Shown here piece by piece: positions 27,860 to 38,600 of a DNA stretch of 64,000 nt (position 1 is the first letter of the stretch; each line of letters opens with the position of its first letter). The DNA is from a virus (lineage: Duplodnaviria; Caudoviricetes). Made by a program: the position numbers and the translations under genes. The notes under the pieces are model-generated. The model was not told the DNA's origin. It made no database searches and was given only the letters and a program-made list of their open reading frames with translations. The stretch spans positions 1 through 64,000 of IMG/VR virus record IMGVR_UViG_3300027763_002462. One strand, given 5' to 3'.

Positions 27860-28861
27860 TTAATTTTTGTTTGTGTTACGTTTTTCTTTTCGTGTTAATT
27901 TCATAAATGGTTTGAGGAAATTTACCCAAGCCTCGTCGTTCTTGGGGAGGTACTTAAAGAGTCCATCCTCCATCATCAGTCTCATTAAGTTTTTGTATCC
28001 TCTATCTGTAGGGTCAATTGTATCGGTATGTATCTGTGTTACAAGTTCTTTACCTTCATCGGTAATAAGTGGGTTCTCAAGGTCTACAATCTTCTTATTT
28101 GTGTTGTAGAAGTCTTCACCAAGTATACCGCTTTTTGTCTTACCAGTCAAAATATTTTCAAGGGCTTTTGGTTTTTTCTTTTGCTCGTTATTTCGTGCAA
28201 TATAAAGTAATTCTTCCATAGTACAGGGTTTTTTATGTAATTCAGGAAAGAACTTTAATAAAGTTTTTTCCCCTAACCCTTCAATACCATCGATATTATC
28301 AGACTTGTCTCCTGTGAAAATTTTGGTAACTAAAACATTATAATGTGGTATGTCAACCTTATTGATGGTTATCATATCTCCGTTCTTAAAATATTGTTTT
28401 GAGATTGGAGAATATATGGTAACTCTTTCTGATATGAGTTGTGTTAAGTCTTTATCTGCAGAGAAGATAATGATATCCTCCTCATTCGATACTTTACAGT
28501 AGTAAGCTATCAAGTCATCAGCCTCGTTGTTTATCATTTCAACTTGGCGTACGAATATCTCCTCGAGGTATTGTTTAACTCGAGATTTTTGTTGAAGGTA
28601 TGACTCGTACTTGTACTCGTTCATATCCTGTCTTCTATTCGCCTTGTATTGTGGGTATATCGATTTCCTGATAGATGAGTTCGAGTCTCCGTCCCAAAAG
28701 ACAACAACCTTATCCAAGTTGTGCTCTTCCAAGAACTTTCTTAAGATGTTGATGAAGTGATAGATTCCACCTAAGTGGTCACCGCCATCATACATCTCTC
28801 TTACTCCGTGAAATCCTATTTTAAACAGATTGTCTCCGTCTACTAATAATGTCTTAATCAC
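27860..28861 (-). CDS. 5'-3' exonuclease / T4 RNase H-like flap endonuclease
   Basis: LLVDGDN, YKANR, EADDLIA, SADKDL.QL and GDKSDNIDGIEGLGEKT motifs. Confidence 0.93.
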   Translation of the reverse strand: MIKTLLVDGDNLFKIGFHGVREMYDGGDHLGGIYHFINILRKFLEEHNLDKVVVFWDGDSNSSIRKSIYPQYKANRRQDMNEYKYESYLQQKSRVKQYLEEIFVRQVEMINNEADDLIAYYCKVSNEEDIIIFSADKDLTQLISERVTIYSPISKQYFKNGDMITINKVDIPHYNVLVTKIFTGDKSDNIDGIEGLGEKTLLKFFPELHKKPCTMEELLYIARNNEQKKKPKALENILTGKTKSGILGEDFYNTNKKIVDLENPLITDEGKELVTQIHTDTIDPTDRGYKNLMRLMMEDGLFKYLPKNDEAWVNFLKPFMKLTRKEKRNTNKN

Positions 28862-28892
28862 TGTTGTGATTTAAATTGTGAAACAATATATA

Positions 28893-29894
28893 CTAATCCT
28901 CTTTTTCTTCTTTCAAATCAAAGTCACCGTCGGTTCCAATGATATCTTTCCAATAGTCTGCGTATTCTTTTTTATATTTTTCTAAAGAAGTTTTTTCTTC
29001 ACTAGCTTCTTTACCTCCAATGAATCCGTGTGGAGTAACAATAATCTTTCCGTCGTCATAACCCAATCCATTGATGTGGTTTTTCATTACAGAAACTTTT
29101 GTTCTTGATGCAAACTTAATAGTTCTCTTATCTTTTGTTGCGGTAATTTTAGTTGTACCCGCACCTTTTTGGTTTCCGAATAAGAATACTAATGATGAGT
29201 TTAACCAAATGGCCTCACCACCTTTAGCTTTAATCTTTGGTTGTCCAAATGGATTGTCAGGTAATTCAACCCACGGTTGGTTAACAATAACCAATGTGTT
29301 TTCGTATTTAGAATCTGCTTTACGAGACCCTGAAATTCTTTGGTTAATGCCCATACCAATCTTGTCGGCTAAAGTACTTGCATTGTGTTGTTTACCACCT
29401 TTACCTTCGAATGTCATCTTACATGGTACAGAACCAACTGAGTCCCATAAGAATAACAAACTGTAGTCAAGGTTACCTTTCTCTTGTTCGTCTAACAAGT
29501 TGTTGATGTAGTCGGTGATTTGTTCGATGTAGTTGAAGTTATTGTTGAAGATGTAAAAACCATCCCAATCTAACTCACCCGTTTCTTCATCAACTACTTC
29601 CTCGCAATCAAACCCCATCAATTTGGCGTGTTCAAATGACCATTTTTGTTCTGTGATAATAAACACAGGAAGGATACCTTTCTTTTGAGCATCAACCGCA
29701 GTCTTTACAAGTGCAGTAGTCTTACCTGTATCTGAGTGACCAAGTAACATATTCAAGTGTCCAATCGCAGGACCTGGTAGACCAACCGCATCCAAGAAAT
29801 CAGGACCTAAGTCAAAAAACCTTTGTGGTTTATATTTTGCTGAGGTTGAGAATTTGTCTTTAATAGACTTAAAATCGTTTTTCTTAATTGCCAT
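28893..29894 (-). CDS. uvsX: RecA/UvsX-like recombinase
   Basis: Walker A GHSDTGKT, WDSVG Walker B, VIVNQ, KGGEA and KNH motifs. Confidence 0.88.
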   Translation of the reverse strand: MAIKKNDFKSIKDKFSTSAKYKPQRFFDLGPDFLDAVGLPGPAIGHLNMLLGHSDTGKTTALVKTAVDAQKKGILPVFIITEQKWSFEHAKLMGFDCEEVVDEETGELDWDGFYIFNNNFNYIEQITDYINNLLDEQEKGNLDYSLLFLWDSVGSVPCKMTFEGKGGKQHNASTLADKIGMGINQRISGSRKADSKYENTLVIVNQPWVELPDNPFGQPKIKAKGGEAIWLNSSLVFLFGNQKGAGTTKITATKDKRTIKFASRTKVSVMKNHINGLGYDDGKIIVTPHGFIGGKEASEEKTSLEKYKKEYADYWKDIIGTDGDFDLKEEKED

Positions 29895-30177
29895 TTTCTA
29901 TTCTTTTAATGTTTGGTAATTTATTCTGTTTTGGTCCTTTATAAAATGTTTCGTCTTGTTCATACAAAACTCCAACTTCTTCTTCGTGAAAAGTGATTAG
30001 ACTAAATGTCATTTGACCATTGTCGTCTACTTCTTTCATCATACCAAACAAAACTGTATCACCAATTTCTTTACTTCTACCTGAGAAGTAATTTTTATCT
30101 TTAAGTTGACTTAGGAATTCATAAGACAGCGTTTTATTGTCTTTCAACTGTAAGTCAATTTCTTCTTTAAATGTCAT
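29884..30177 (-). CDS. Hypothetical protein
   Basis: 97 aa ORF overlapping both neighbours. Confidence 0.55.
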   Translation of the reverse strand: MTFKEEIDLQLKDNKTLSYEFLSQLKDKNYFSGRSKEIGDTVLFGMMKEVDDNGQMTFSLITFHEEEVGVLYEQDETFYKGPKQNKLPNIKRIENGN

Positions 30178-30715
30178 GTGTTTTATTTTTTAAACTTTGA
30201 TAAAAATTCAGATGTTTTTCTTTTGTGTCAAGTAACTCGTCTTTTTTTGTTTTGTATACCATTAATTCAGGAACATAAGTTAAATGTCGATGTAAAAAAT
30301 TATGTTCTTGAATAGATAATTGAACTATGTCTAACCAATCTTCTTGATTATATGACCAATGATGTAGATGAAATCCTTGTATTTTTGTTAAATAAAGTTC
30401 TGTATATCTAGACGCCATATATTTTTCAGGAAACTTCTGTCGATATTTCTTCATTGTTTCTCTTTTCTTTTCTGTCGATGGATTAAAGAGTCCTTTATAA
30501 TTCAATCTATAATACTTTTCTCTATTTCTTTCTCGTTCTTTTTCTATCCACTCTGGATTGTTTTTTAATTCAATCTCTCTTGTCCTAACATCAATTTTTG
30601 TACACTCTTTACATTTACCTAAATAACCATCAGCCATTTCTTTATGTTTATAAAAATGCGTGATTGGTAATATTTTGTTACATTTGAAACATTTTTTTTC
30701 TGTAATTTCCTCCAT
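30167..30715 (-). CDS. Free-standing HNH-like homing endonuclease with N-terminal Zn finger
   Basis: CFKC...CKEC zinc finger, a basic linker, and HLHHWSY...[10 protein letters not shown] (beta-beta-alpha-metal-like). Confidence 0.7.
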   Translation of the reverse strand: MEEITEKKCFKCNKILPITHFYKHKEMADGYLGKCKECTKIDVRTREIELKNNPEWIEKERERNREKYYRLNYKGLFNPSTEKKRETMKKYRQKFPEKYMASRYTELYLTKIQGFHLHHWSYNQEDWLDIVQLSIQEHNFLHRHLTYVPELMVYKTKKDELLDTKEKHLNFYQSLKNKTHDI

Positions 30716-30755
30716 AATCTTTCTAGTATTTAATTATAAATATCTAGAAAGATTA
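30715..30755 (-). promoter_or_regulatory. Start-codon-sequestering hairpin containing TATTTATA
   Basis: Minus strand: taatctttctag-a-TATTTA-TAat-taaata-ctagaaagattA(TG). A 12-bp plus 6-bp stem that includes the A of the ATG. Confidence 0.8.
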
Positions 30756-30774
30756 GAAAGGTATTTTTACCATT

Positions 30775-31635
30775 TTAAAATGGGAGGTCTGAATCTGGTT
30801 CGTCATCCGATTGTGGGTCTAAAGTTACAGCTGGTGTAGATTTAGAAGTTCCACCACCAAAAGACTCGGTAGCTACTGAATTACTTTCGTAAACATATCC
30901 ACCTTTTTCAGTGTCCCATTTTGGAGTCTCTCCGCGAGCAATCGCCTCAAGGTAGTCAATAGGTTTTTTAGAATAAACGTCTAACCAAGTTAACTCATTA
31001 TTAATCCATGCACTTGCCTGTGCTGGGTCTGTATGAACAGGAGCTGGGTCGTCGTACATAACTGTAGATACTGTTGTATACTCCTTACCTTTTGGAGTTT
31101 TAGCTTTAGATAACTCAATAACCAAATCACGACCTTTTTCAGCATCAGTGATGTCACCTTTGTTTCTCCAAATTGGAATGATTTTATCTAAGATACCATC
31201 ATTCTTGTAATTGTGTTTGAATCTCCAAAATTTTGGACCGTCTTCTTCATGGTCTCTGTCGATAACCTTAACGATATAAAATTTACGAGAACGGTATTGA
31301 GCCGCTAACAATTTGTCAGACTCTTTACCTGTTGCAATTAACTCTTCGTAAACCTCGTTTAAAGGTGAACGTTCGTTATCGTTCTTACCTGGGTCGTAGA
31401 ACTTTTGCCATTGTCCACCTACTTGGATTTCGTGGTACCATGCTTCTTTGAATGGTGAAGAACCATCTGTGGTAGGAAGAATTCTTACTCTTCTCTGACC
31501 TGACTTCTCTTTATCCCCAAGGATTAAAGCGAAATACCTTTTCATTCTTTCGTCTTGCGACATTTTACTTTGGGCCCCGCCCGATGCGCTTTGCGTTTTT
31601 TCGTACTGTGCCAATACGGCGTCTAATGAACTCAT
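30775..31635 (-). CDS. Single-stranded DNA-binding protein (T4 gp32-like)
   Basis: RVRILP, YIVKVIDR, ITDAEKGRDLVI motifs and acidic C-terminus DDEPDSDLPF. Start placed at 31635 (MSSLDAVL) because the track's 31671 start falls in the -10 box. Confidence 0.85.
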   Translation of the reverse strand: MSSLDAVLAQYEKTQSASGGAQSKMSQDERMKRYFALILGDKEKSGQRRVRILPTTDGSSPFKEAWYHEIQVGGQWQKFYDPGKNDNERSPLNEVYEELIATGKESDKLLAAQYRSRKFYIVKVIDRDHEEDGPKFWRFKHNYKNDGILDKIIPIWRNKGDITDAEKGRDLVIELSKAKTPKGKEYTTVSTVMYDDPAPVHTDPAQASAWINNELTWLDVYSKKPIDYLEAIARGETPKWDTEKGGYVYESNSVATESFGGGTSKSTPAVTLDPQSDDEPDSDLPF

Positions 31636-31670
31636 GTTTTTAAGTTTTAAATTATTAAATGTGTTATACA

Positions 31671-31699
31671 ATTATAGGTGAGTCTATGCGTTTTGTCAA
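31671..31699 (-). promoter_or_regulatory. Perfect sigma70-type promoter (TTGACA-N17-TATAAT) heading the replication operon
   Basis: Minus strand TTGACA (31699-31694), 17-nt spacer, TATAAT (31676-31671), directly after a terminator. Confidence 0.85.
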
Positions 31700-31701
31700 A
31701 T

Positions 31702-31726
31702 AAAAAAGGTGTCTTTCGACACCTTT
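31702..31726 (-). terminator. Intrinsic terminator
   Basis: aaaggtgtc-GAAA-gacaccttt stem-loop running into a T tract on the minus strand. Confidence 0.85.
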
Positions 31727-31729
31727 AAA

Positions 31730-32434
31730 TTATTTAAATGAAGTTTTGTACGTGTCCGTTTCGGCAGCTCCTCCAGGTTGAAATGAATTTTTAATGTCAG
31801 ATACGTTAATGTCTTTTACTTCGTCTGCAGTTAAAATATAATCATTTTTTCCCGTCTTTTCCATCTCTTCTGATTTATCATCAAAAAATTGTGAAAGTTT
31901 TTGGTTGAATGGATATGAATCGTAAGTTCTTAACTCTAATTTTTCTTGTGGAGTTTTTTCTCTGTATTTTTCAATCTTAGCTTCAAGTGAATTTAACTTA
32001 TTCATGATGTTATCCATCTCTCCAAGTCTTGATTGTAAATCATTTAATTGTCCAAATAGATTGTTAAAATATTCTTCTTGTTTTGTTTCAATACTTTTTT
32101 GTGAGTCTACTAATTCTGTAATATCAAGTTCTTCAGATTCACCTTCACCTTTATCTGTTTTTTCTTCAGACTCTCCATCGTCGTTAAGTTTCTCAACGTC
32201 GGGGTCGTTTTCAACATCTATAGGTTCTCCACCTGCTGGTGCTGGCGCTGGGGGTGGTACCGCTCCTGCTTCCGCTGGAGGTGGTGGAGCTCCCGCTCCT
32301 ACGTCTCCTGGTAATGGTGCCAATGCCCCTAAATCTTGTTCAGGTGCTGCAACGTCAGCCGCTTGTTCCATGATATATTGATTGATACTTTTGTATCTAT
32401 CAATCTCACTTAATATTTTTTTATCTAAACTCAT
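31730..32434 (-). CDS. Acidic, Pro/Ala-rich coiled-coil protein (possible head scaffold/internal protein)
   Basis: 234 aa. ILSEIDRY...IMEQ N-terminus, low-complexity P/A/E/D linker, heptad-like segment. Confidence 0.55.
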   Translation of the reverse strand: MSLDKKILSEIDRYKSINQYIMEQAADVAAPEQDLGALAPLPGDVGAGAPPPPAEAGAVPPPAPAPAGGEPIDVENDPDVEKLNDDGESEEKTDKGEGESEELDITELVDSQKSIETKQEEYFNNLFGQLNDLQSRLGEMDNIMNKLNSLEAKIEKYREKTPQEKLELRTYDSYPFNQKLSQFFDDKSEEMEKTGKNDYILTADEVKDINVSDIKNSFQPGGAAETDTYKTSFK

Positions 32435-32439
32435 TTGTT

Positions 32440-32664
32440 TTATCCGTTTAATAGTTGTTTAATTCCTCTTGATGTTTCTACTCTAACTTTTCTGTTAGCG
32501 TTAACTTGATGACCTGCTCTTTCGATAAGTCCATCTCTTTCTCTAACGGTGTAACAATCCCCTGTGTCTAAGTCACATACTTGTTTTGTTCCGTCTCCGT
32601 TATCTTCTTCAGAATATCTTGTAGATTTTCCTAAGTAGTTGTCTAATGCTGTTTTTATGTTCAT
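32440..32664 (-). CDS. Small hypothetical protein
   Basis: 74 aa with VCDLDTGDCY; TATTTATA upstream. Confidence 0.6.
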   Translation of the reverse strand: MNIKTALDNYLGKSTRYSEEDNGDGTKQVCDLDTGDCYTVRERDGLIERAGHQVNANRKVRVETSRGIKQLLNG

Positions 32665-32695
32665 AAGAATCTTTTTATATAAATATGTTGTTATG

Positions 32696-35600
32696 CTATA
32701 AAGTGAATGGTGGACTCAATACTGTTTGCACCAAGACTTCTCCGCCTATCGGTGATGTATACCCATATGGTAGATAGTTTATTTTTAAATTAAAAGTACC
32801 TTTTGAATTTACAGTATAAACATAGGTATATTTGTAGTCAATTCCTTGTGTTTTAGAAGCAGATAGTACAGGGTACCCATCTAAATCTACAATTATGTTA
32901 TCACCATAATCAGCATCTTTAAACTCAGGAGCATTAAATTTATATGTTATATAACCTCCCGCAAGTTTTTTAATATTAAAGTATTCAGTACCATTTCCTT
33001 GTATTACATCACTTTCTCCAACCAATGTAATTGACAATGGTTTTTCAGGATACGTTAGTTTCTTTGTTGTTACATTATTTCCTGAACGAGTAAAATTGAA
33101 ATTGAATGCTTGTTCAACTGGTTTTGGGTATTTAACTTTATCTGCGGCTATTGCATTAACAACAAATTGTATTGTAACTATTTGACCGTCCTTAATTGGT
33201 AACGTTTTAAATGGTTCAATAGGCTTATTAATAATAATATCCGCAACTTCACTATATGTTATATTAAACACATTATTAATAACATTATTACTAAGGATTG
33301 TTTTTGCTTCTCTATTTAATTTTTTGGTTTTGGTATTGTTTGTTATAACTTCATCAAACACAGATATATTCATATTAACATCACTTTTTATAGTCCATGT
33401 ACCTGCATTAGGATTAACATTAACTGTTAATTTATTTGTTATTTCTCCATTAAAAATATCTTCTGTTGTAGATAATAATGTCAAAGGTCCAGTAGTTTGT
33501 GGATTTGTATTAATTGACTCCACATTTGCCAATTGCGTTGTTGTATTTGCTGCCGTTGGATTGGTAGCATCTCCTGGTGATAATGAACTAACCCCATTCA
33601 ACGCAGGATTATAGTTAAACAATACATTCCCTGTAAACGTTCCATGGTCAGTTTTAATTTCAATTTTACCTGAAGCAGCAACAGTTCCTGTGGCAATCTG
33701 AGGTACAACAAATCTTAATGTTTCATCATTATAAATTGTTACATCTTTAAATGGAACAACTTTATTCATAAGTTTAACTTCTTTAGTTGTTGATAAGAAT
33801 CTACCATTAACTTGTACAATAGTTCCTGTATATCCCTGTAATGGGGCGAACGATGTAAACACTGGCGGCGGACATAAAATTGTTGAGTTTGCCATGCTTG
33901 AAACTTTGTCAATCATTTTTAATTGCTCACTAATACTTGCAGACTCAGCAGGTGTTTTAGCGTTTTTAATGTCGGCTTTAAGTTCTGTTTTCTTAATTGC
34001 CGATTTTAAATCTTTAGACGCATCTAAACTCGATAACCCAACATTAACTGCGGATGATAAAGCTTTATATAATGTATCTGTTGTTTCTTTAAATTGAGTA
34101 ATATTTGCATCATAATACTCAGAACTAACATTAGAACCTGGCCAATCACAAATATAATATTTCGCCAATCCTCCTGATAAAATTCTTGGAATATTTGGTT
34201 CAATTCTTGCACCCATAAATCTAACATATGAATCAAGAGTGTCAAAATGTGTCACAGGGTGTGATATGTTTGTTGACGGATTACTCTTAGACTTAACACA
34301 ACTATATGTTGTTGATAATTGAGTCGTTTGAGACCCCCAATCAACATCTAAAGAAATCATACCTAAGTTATTATTCCATCCGTTAAACAATCCAATTTTA
34401 CTACTTGAGGTTTGTTGGAAAGTTTTAAGATACGACATACAATATATGATAGTTTGAAGACTAACATTATTTGGAAATAATCTTGTTAAAGTATCCGCTA
34501 ATTCTTTTTCATTTTTATTTGTTAAATCTCCTTTCACTGAAACGTACTTACCAGGACTATTAACAGGATTGTACACTTTAAGAACATTACCCTCACAAGA
34601 ATTTGTTGTATCTAAAGTATTATCTGCTTTTTGAGAAATTTGTTGTGCCTTAACCGCGTTAGTTGTTCCAGATACTGTTACACTATCTTTATTGATTTTA
34701 AGAAGTTCTTCTAACTTAGTAATAAGGTTTTGATTAATACTCTGTAAGAAAGTATCAATTGCTGGCAAATCATAAATACCCTGTCTAATTCCTGTAAATG
34801 TTGTTTGAAAATTACCAGGTTGTATTGTATGTTGCACATCTTGAATCATGTACGGTCCATTAAACATTGGAACGTGTCTTAAGTTAAAATACATCGTTGG
34901 TTGTAACAAGGCATTACCTAAACAAACAACACTACATTTATAACTTCTTTGTTTATAAAGATTATATAAACTTACGTTTTGTGTTGCGGTTTGTCTACCT
35001 GACGATTGGTCAACCATATTCAATTGAGTATTAATTGATTCTGATGTTGCAGTACCATTGTCTTGACTAACGCTAAACGAATAGAATATATTTTGATTTC
35101 TAATACCAATATCTACGTTAAACCCAACACATTTATTTGATACCGCCCAATCTTTTTTACCTTTATAATCTTCAATTAATGGATTTTCAGAAGCTCTCCT
35201 CATTTCAAATGCATCATCTCTAAATTTAAAGTTACCTTTAGGTAGGTCTAAATATTGCGAAGGTTTACCCGCATAAAAACAAACCATTTTTGGTCCTGAT
35301 TTTCTATAATCAACATCCAAATATGTTCCCCACATACTATTAGCAAAATCTAATGAACCCTCAGCCTTTGGAATTGTGGTTCCATCAACATCTTGTACGT
35401 TGTAAAAATTAACGTATGCTGGTAAATTCATAATATTAAAGTTATTCTTAATAAGAATACCACTAATAAACGTATAAACACTCATGGCTTGGTTAAGAGA
35501 ATATTCTCCATTACCTTTACCTCCTCCAAACATATACTTCAAATCAAAAATATCTAATAAGATAGTGTCACCAATATTTCTTGATGCTCTATCTAAGAAC

Positions 35601-38600
35601 ATAATATCCTCAAATAATGTTTTAGTTTTAAAATCACCACCAGCAATCCATTTGTCATTTAATGCTTTAAACACTTCGTAGTTCTCAACTTTACTTTGTT
35701 CTCCACTAATAACACTTTGTACTGTACTCGAAGGAATTTGTTGTTGATTTGGTAAAGCTACCCTAACACCTGACAATACACCATTTAAGAAATTATTTTG
35801 TAAATCCGTTTCTAAACCAAGATATTGAGTAATATTATTTTTAAATTGTGCCACAGTCATTGTTGGACTCTTTAACCTTTGAGTTGCATACATTTTAATT
35901 ATTGGCGTCAATAACACAACATTCTGTTCGTTGAACTCAATATTATTATCAATAAAGAAATCAGTAATATACGAACCGTTATTTGTATAGGTAACTCCAT
36001 TAATTGTTGAGAACCCAACATTGGTTTCAAGTGCGTTCCACGCTTTGGGGTTTAATAATTTAGATTGGGTTAGTGTTAACGTTCCTCCATTAATTGGTAA
36101 AGTGCCTTTAACGTAAGGGTTAAAAGTTATCGGGTCAGTAACTAATTGTTGTCCATTATATGAAAGATAGGAATTAAAAATTCTGTAATCATAATTAGAT
36201 GGATTACCATATCTAAAAATAATATCGTATTCCATAAACGCTCTAATTCCATTTTGAAATACGTCATATTGTGAATTAATTGTTTTATTAAAATAATCGT
36301 CTTCTTTTTGTTCCGTACCTTGAGCGGGTACCGTCATTAATGTTTTAAATAACGATTGGAAGTTTCTGTAATTGGCATTTAGATTAACAGGACTTTGTCC
36401 AAAAGTTACTGTTTGGGCACTAACATCCGTATTGCTCATTGACTTTGAGAAATTTAAAAACTCTTGTTCAAATGTGTCCAAAATTCTTTTTTCAAAAACG
36501 GAAAATACTTCTTCAATTTTTGAATATGAATTTGTGTTTAAAAAATGAATAGGTGTTTGTGGATTCTTAGTATCAATAAAATTAAGATATGAATCAGGAC
36601 TTGGGAATGCTATTTGATTATTGTCATAATATCCAAAGTTTGGCGCGGGCCATAAACACCTAACAGAACCGTTATAAACACTACTATTTGATGTTAAGTT
36701 TATTTTGGTAGTTGGGGAAGTTGTGTCATTTGTCAAACAAGCTCCTGCGGTTTGATTAAATGAAGTTCCAAAAGATGGAACAACAAAATACTGTATTCCT
36801 TTCGTATTATCTTTAGGATTACAGTTAATACCTATTTCGGGTGTTTTATTTGGAATCATTACCGACCAAGTTATTAGTCTTAAATTTTTTGTTCCTTGGG
36901 TTGCGGTATTAATATTTGAAGTTAGAAAATTATACATCTTCAATCCATTGTTAACACTTTCTTGAATTTCTGAGTCAGTATATCCTTCATACAAATTATA
37001 TCCATTATAAAATAAGTTGAAGTCGTTAATTAATTTAGGATAAAACCCTATTTGCATATTAACGTTGTCTGTAGTTTCACTTTGTAACACTACAGGTCTA
37101 TCAACTCCTTCGTATTTAAATGTATAAGGTTTTGTTGTGGTATTAGTTATTGGGTCATAGTTTATAGTATAGTCAAAGTTTTTCCAAACATCTGTTAAGA
37201 TATCAACTCCAGTGTCTTTGTATTTTTTATATCTATGCCAAACGGAACCATACTTTATCATCCAAGCATATGGTATTTTATGTATTGCACCAAATTTTTT
37301 AAAACAAGATGCAATGTAATCTAAGTCAGTTGTTACATTACCGTCAGTTGTTGTCTTATATTTTTCTCTTAAACTCGCTAATGGTAATGAATTAAGGAAA
37401 AGATATGCCGCTTGTACATAAGGGTATGGGTCATTAATTTTAGAATTGGCAACTCCATTTTGAATTGCATTAACAAAGTACGGAGTATTCAACATTGATG
37501 TTGTAGTTCTTGGTCCTAAAAACCCTGTTGGTGTTGTATAGTCACAATATCCCTCAGTAGCAATAAAATTATTAGGAGTTCTTGTTGTATAAAATGCGGA
37601 TAACCCTGGTATTGCACCTGAATAAACTCCTGAAACTATAGCAGATAAAGTTGGATTTTGAATTAACAAATAAGAAAAATTAGTTACGGGTCGATTTGTT
37701 TTGTAATTATTAACATCTTCAAAATTTGCAATAATCTTTCTTGGTTCAAAAATTTTCAATGTTTTTTTAGTATCATAAACTTGATTACCCGCAGATGTTG
37801 AACTTTGATTTAAGTTATTTAAACACCATGATGGGTCAGTAAATGGTAAAGTATCAACAACCATAGGTTCATTAGATGCGTTCGCAATTAGTTTTGCAAG
37901 AGCTTCCGATTTGGTACTAAGTTGTGGTATTTTACCTAAATCATTAATACTCAATACACTAAAAGAATTATTAGTGATAGATTTAATATACGGTGTTACA
38001 AAGAAATCTCTAATATGGTCTTGATATGCTCTACCTGTACCCATATTTGATATGGTACTTAAAAATTGTTCGTAGTTAGATGCATTTAATCCGTAGTTTT
38101 TTAATTTAAAAGTAATATATGGTGAACTCACTCCTAAACTTGTTGTAATATTACTAACCTCAGTTTCAATATTAAGTTTAAGTAAGTCATTAATTTGACC
38201 TAAGTTAGCCCTAACTAACCCTGAATAGTGTGAAGTTAAAAATTGTCTCTCCCATATTTCGTAATAAAATTTAATCTCTTCTTTATTCTCATAGGCAATT
38301 CCTAATGATGGAAATTCAATTGGATTAATATTAATAATATTTGTATCTCTTTGATTAGCTAATGGAGGCGCAGAACTAGGGTTTTGAAACTTCATTGTTA
38401 GTCCTTTCATATACTCTTCCACAAATTGTACCTCAGGCCATTTAGCGTAATTACCTCCTTGTGTTCTATCAATAACTGTTGGGTCTGCGATATATTTTAG
38501 TTGGAATCTACCTTTTTTGTCTTCAGGTGTTTCAACAAAAAATTGTGGCCAAGGATAAACAGGAATTTGAGCATTCTCAGCTGCGGTATTACCCAATAAA

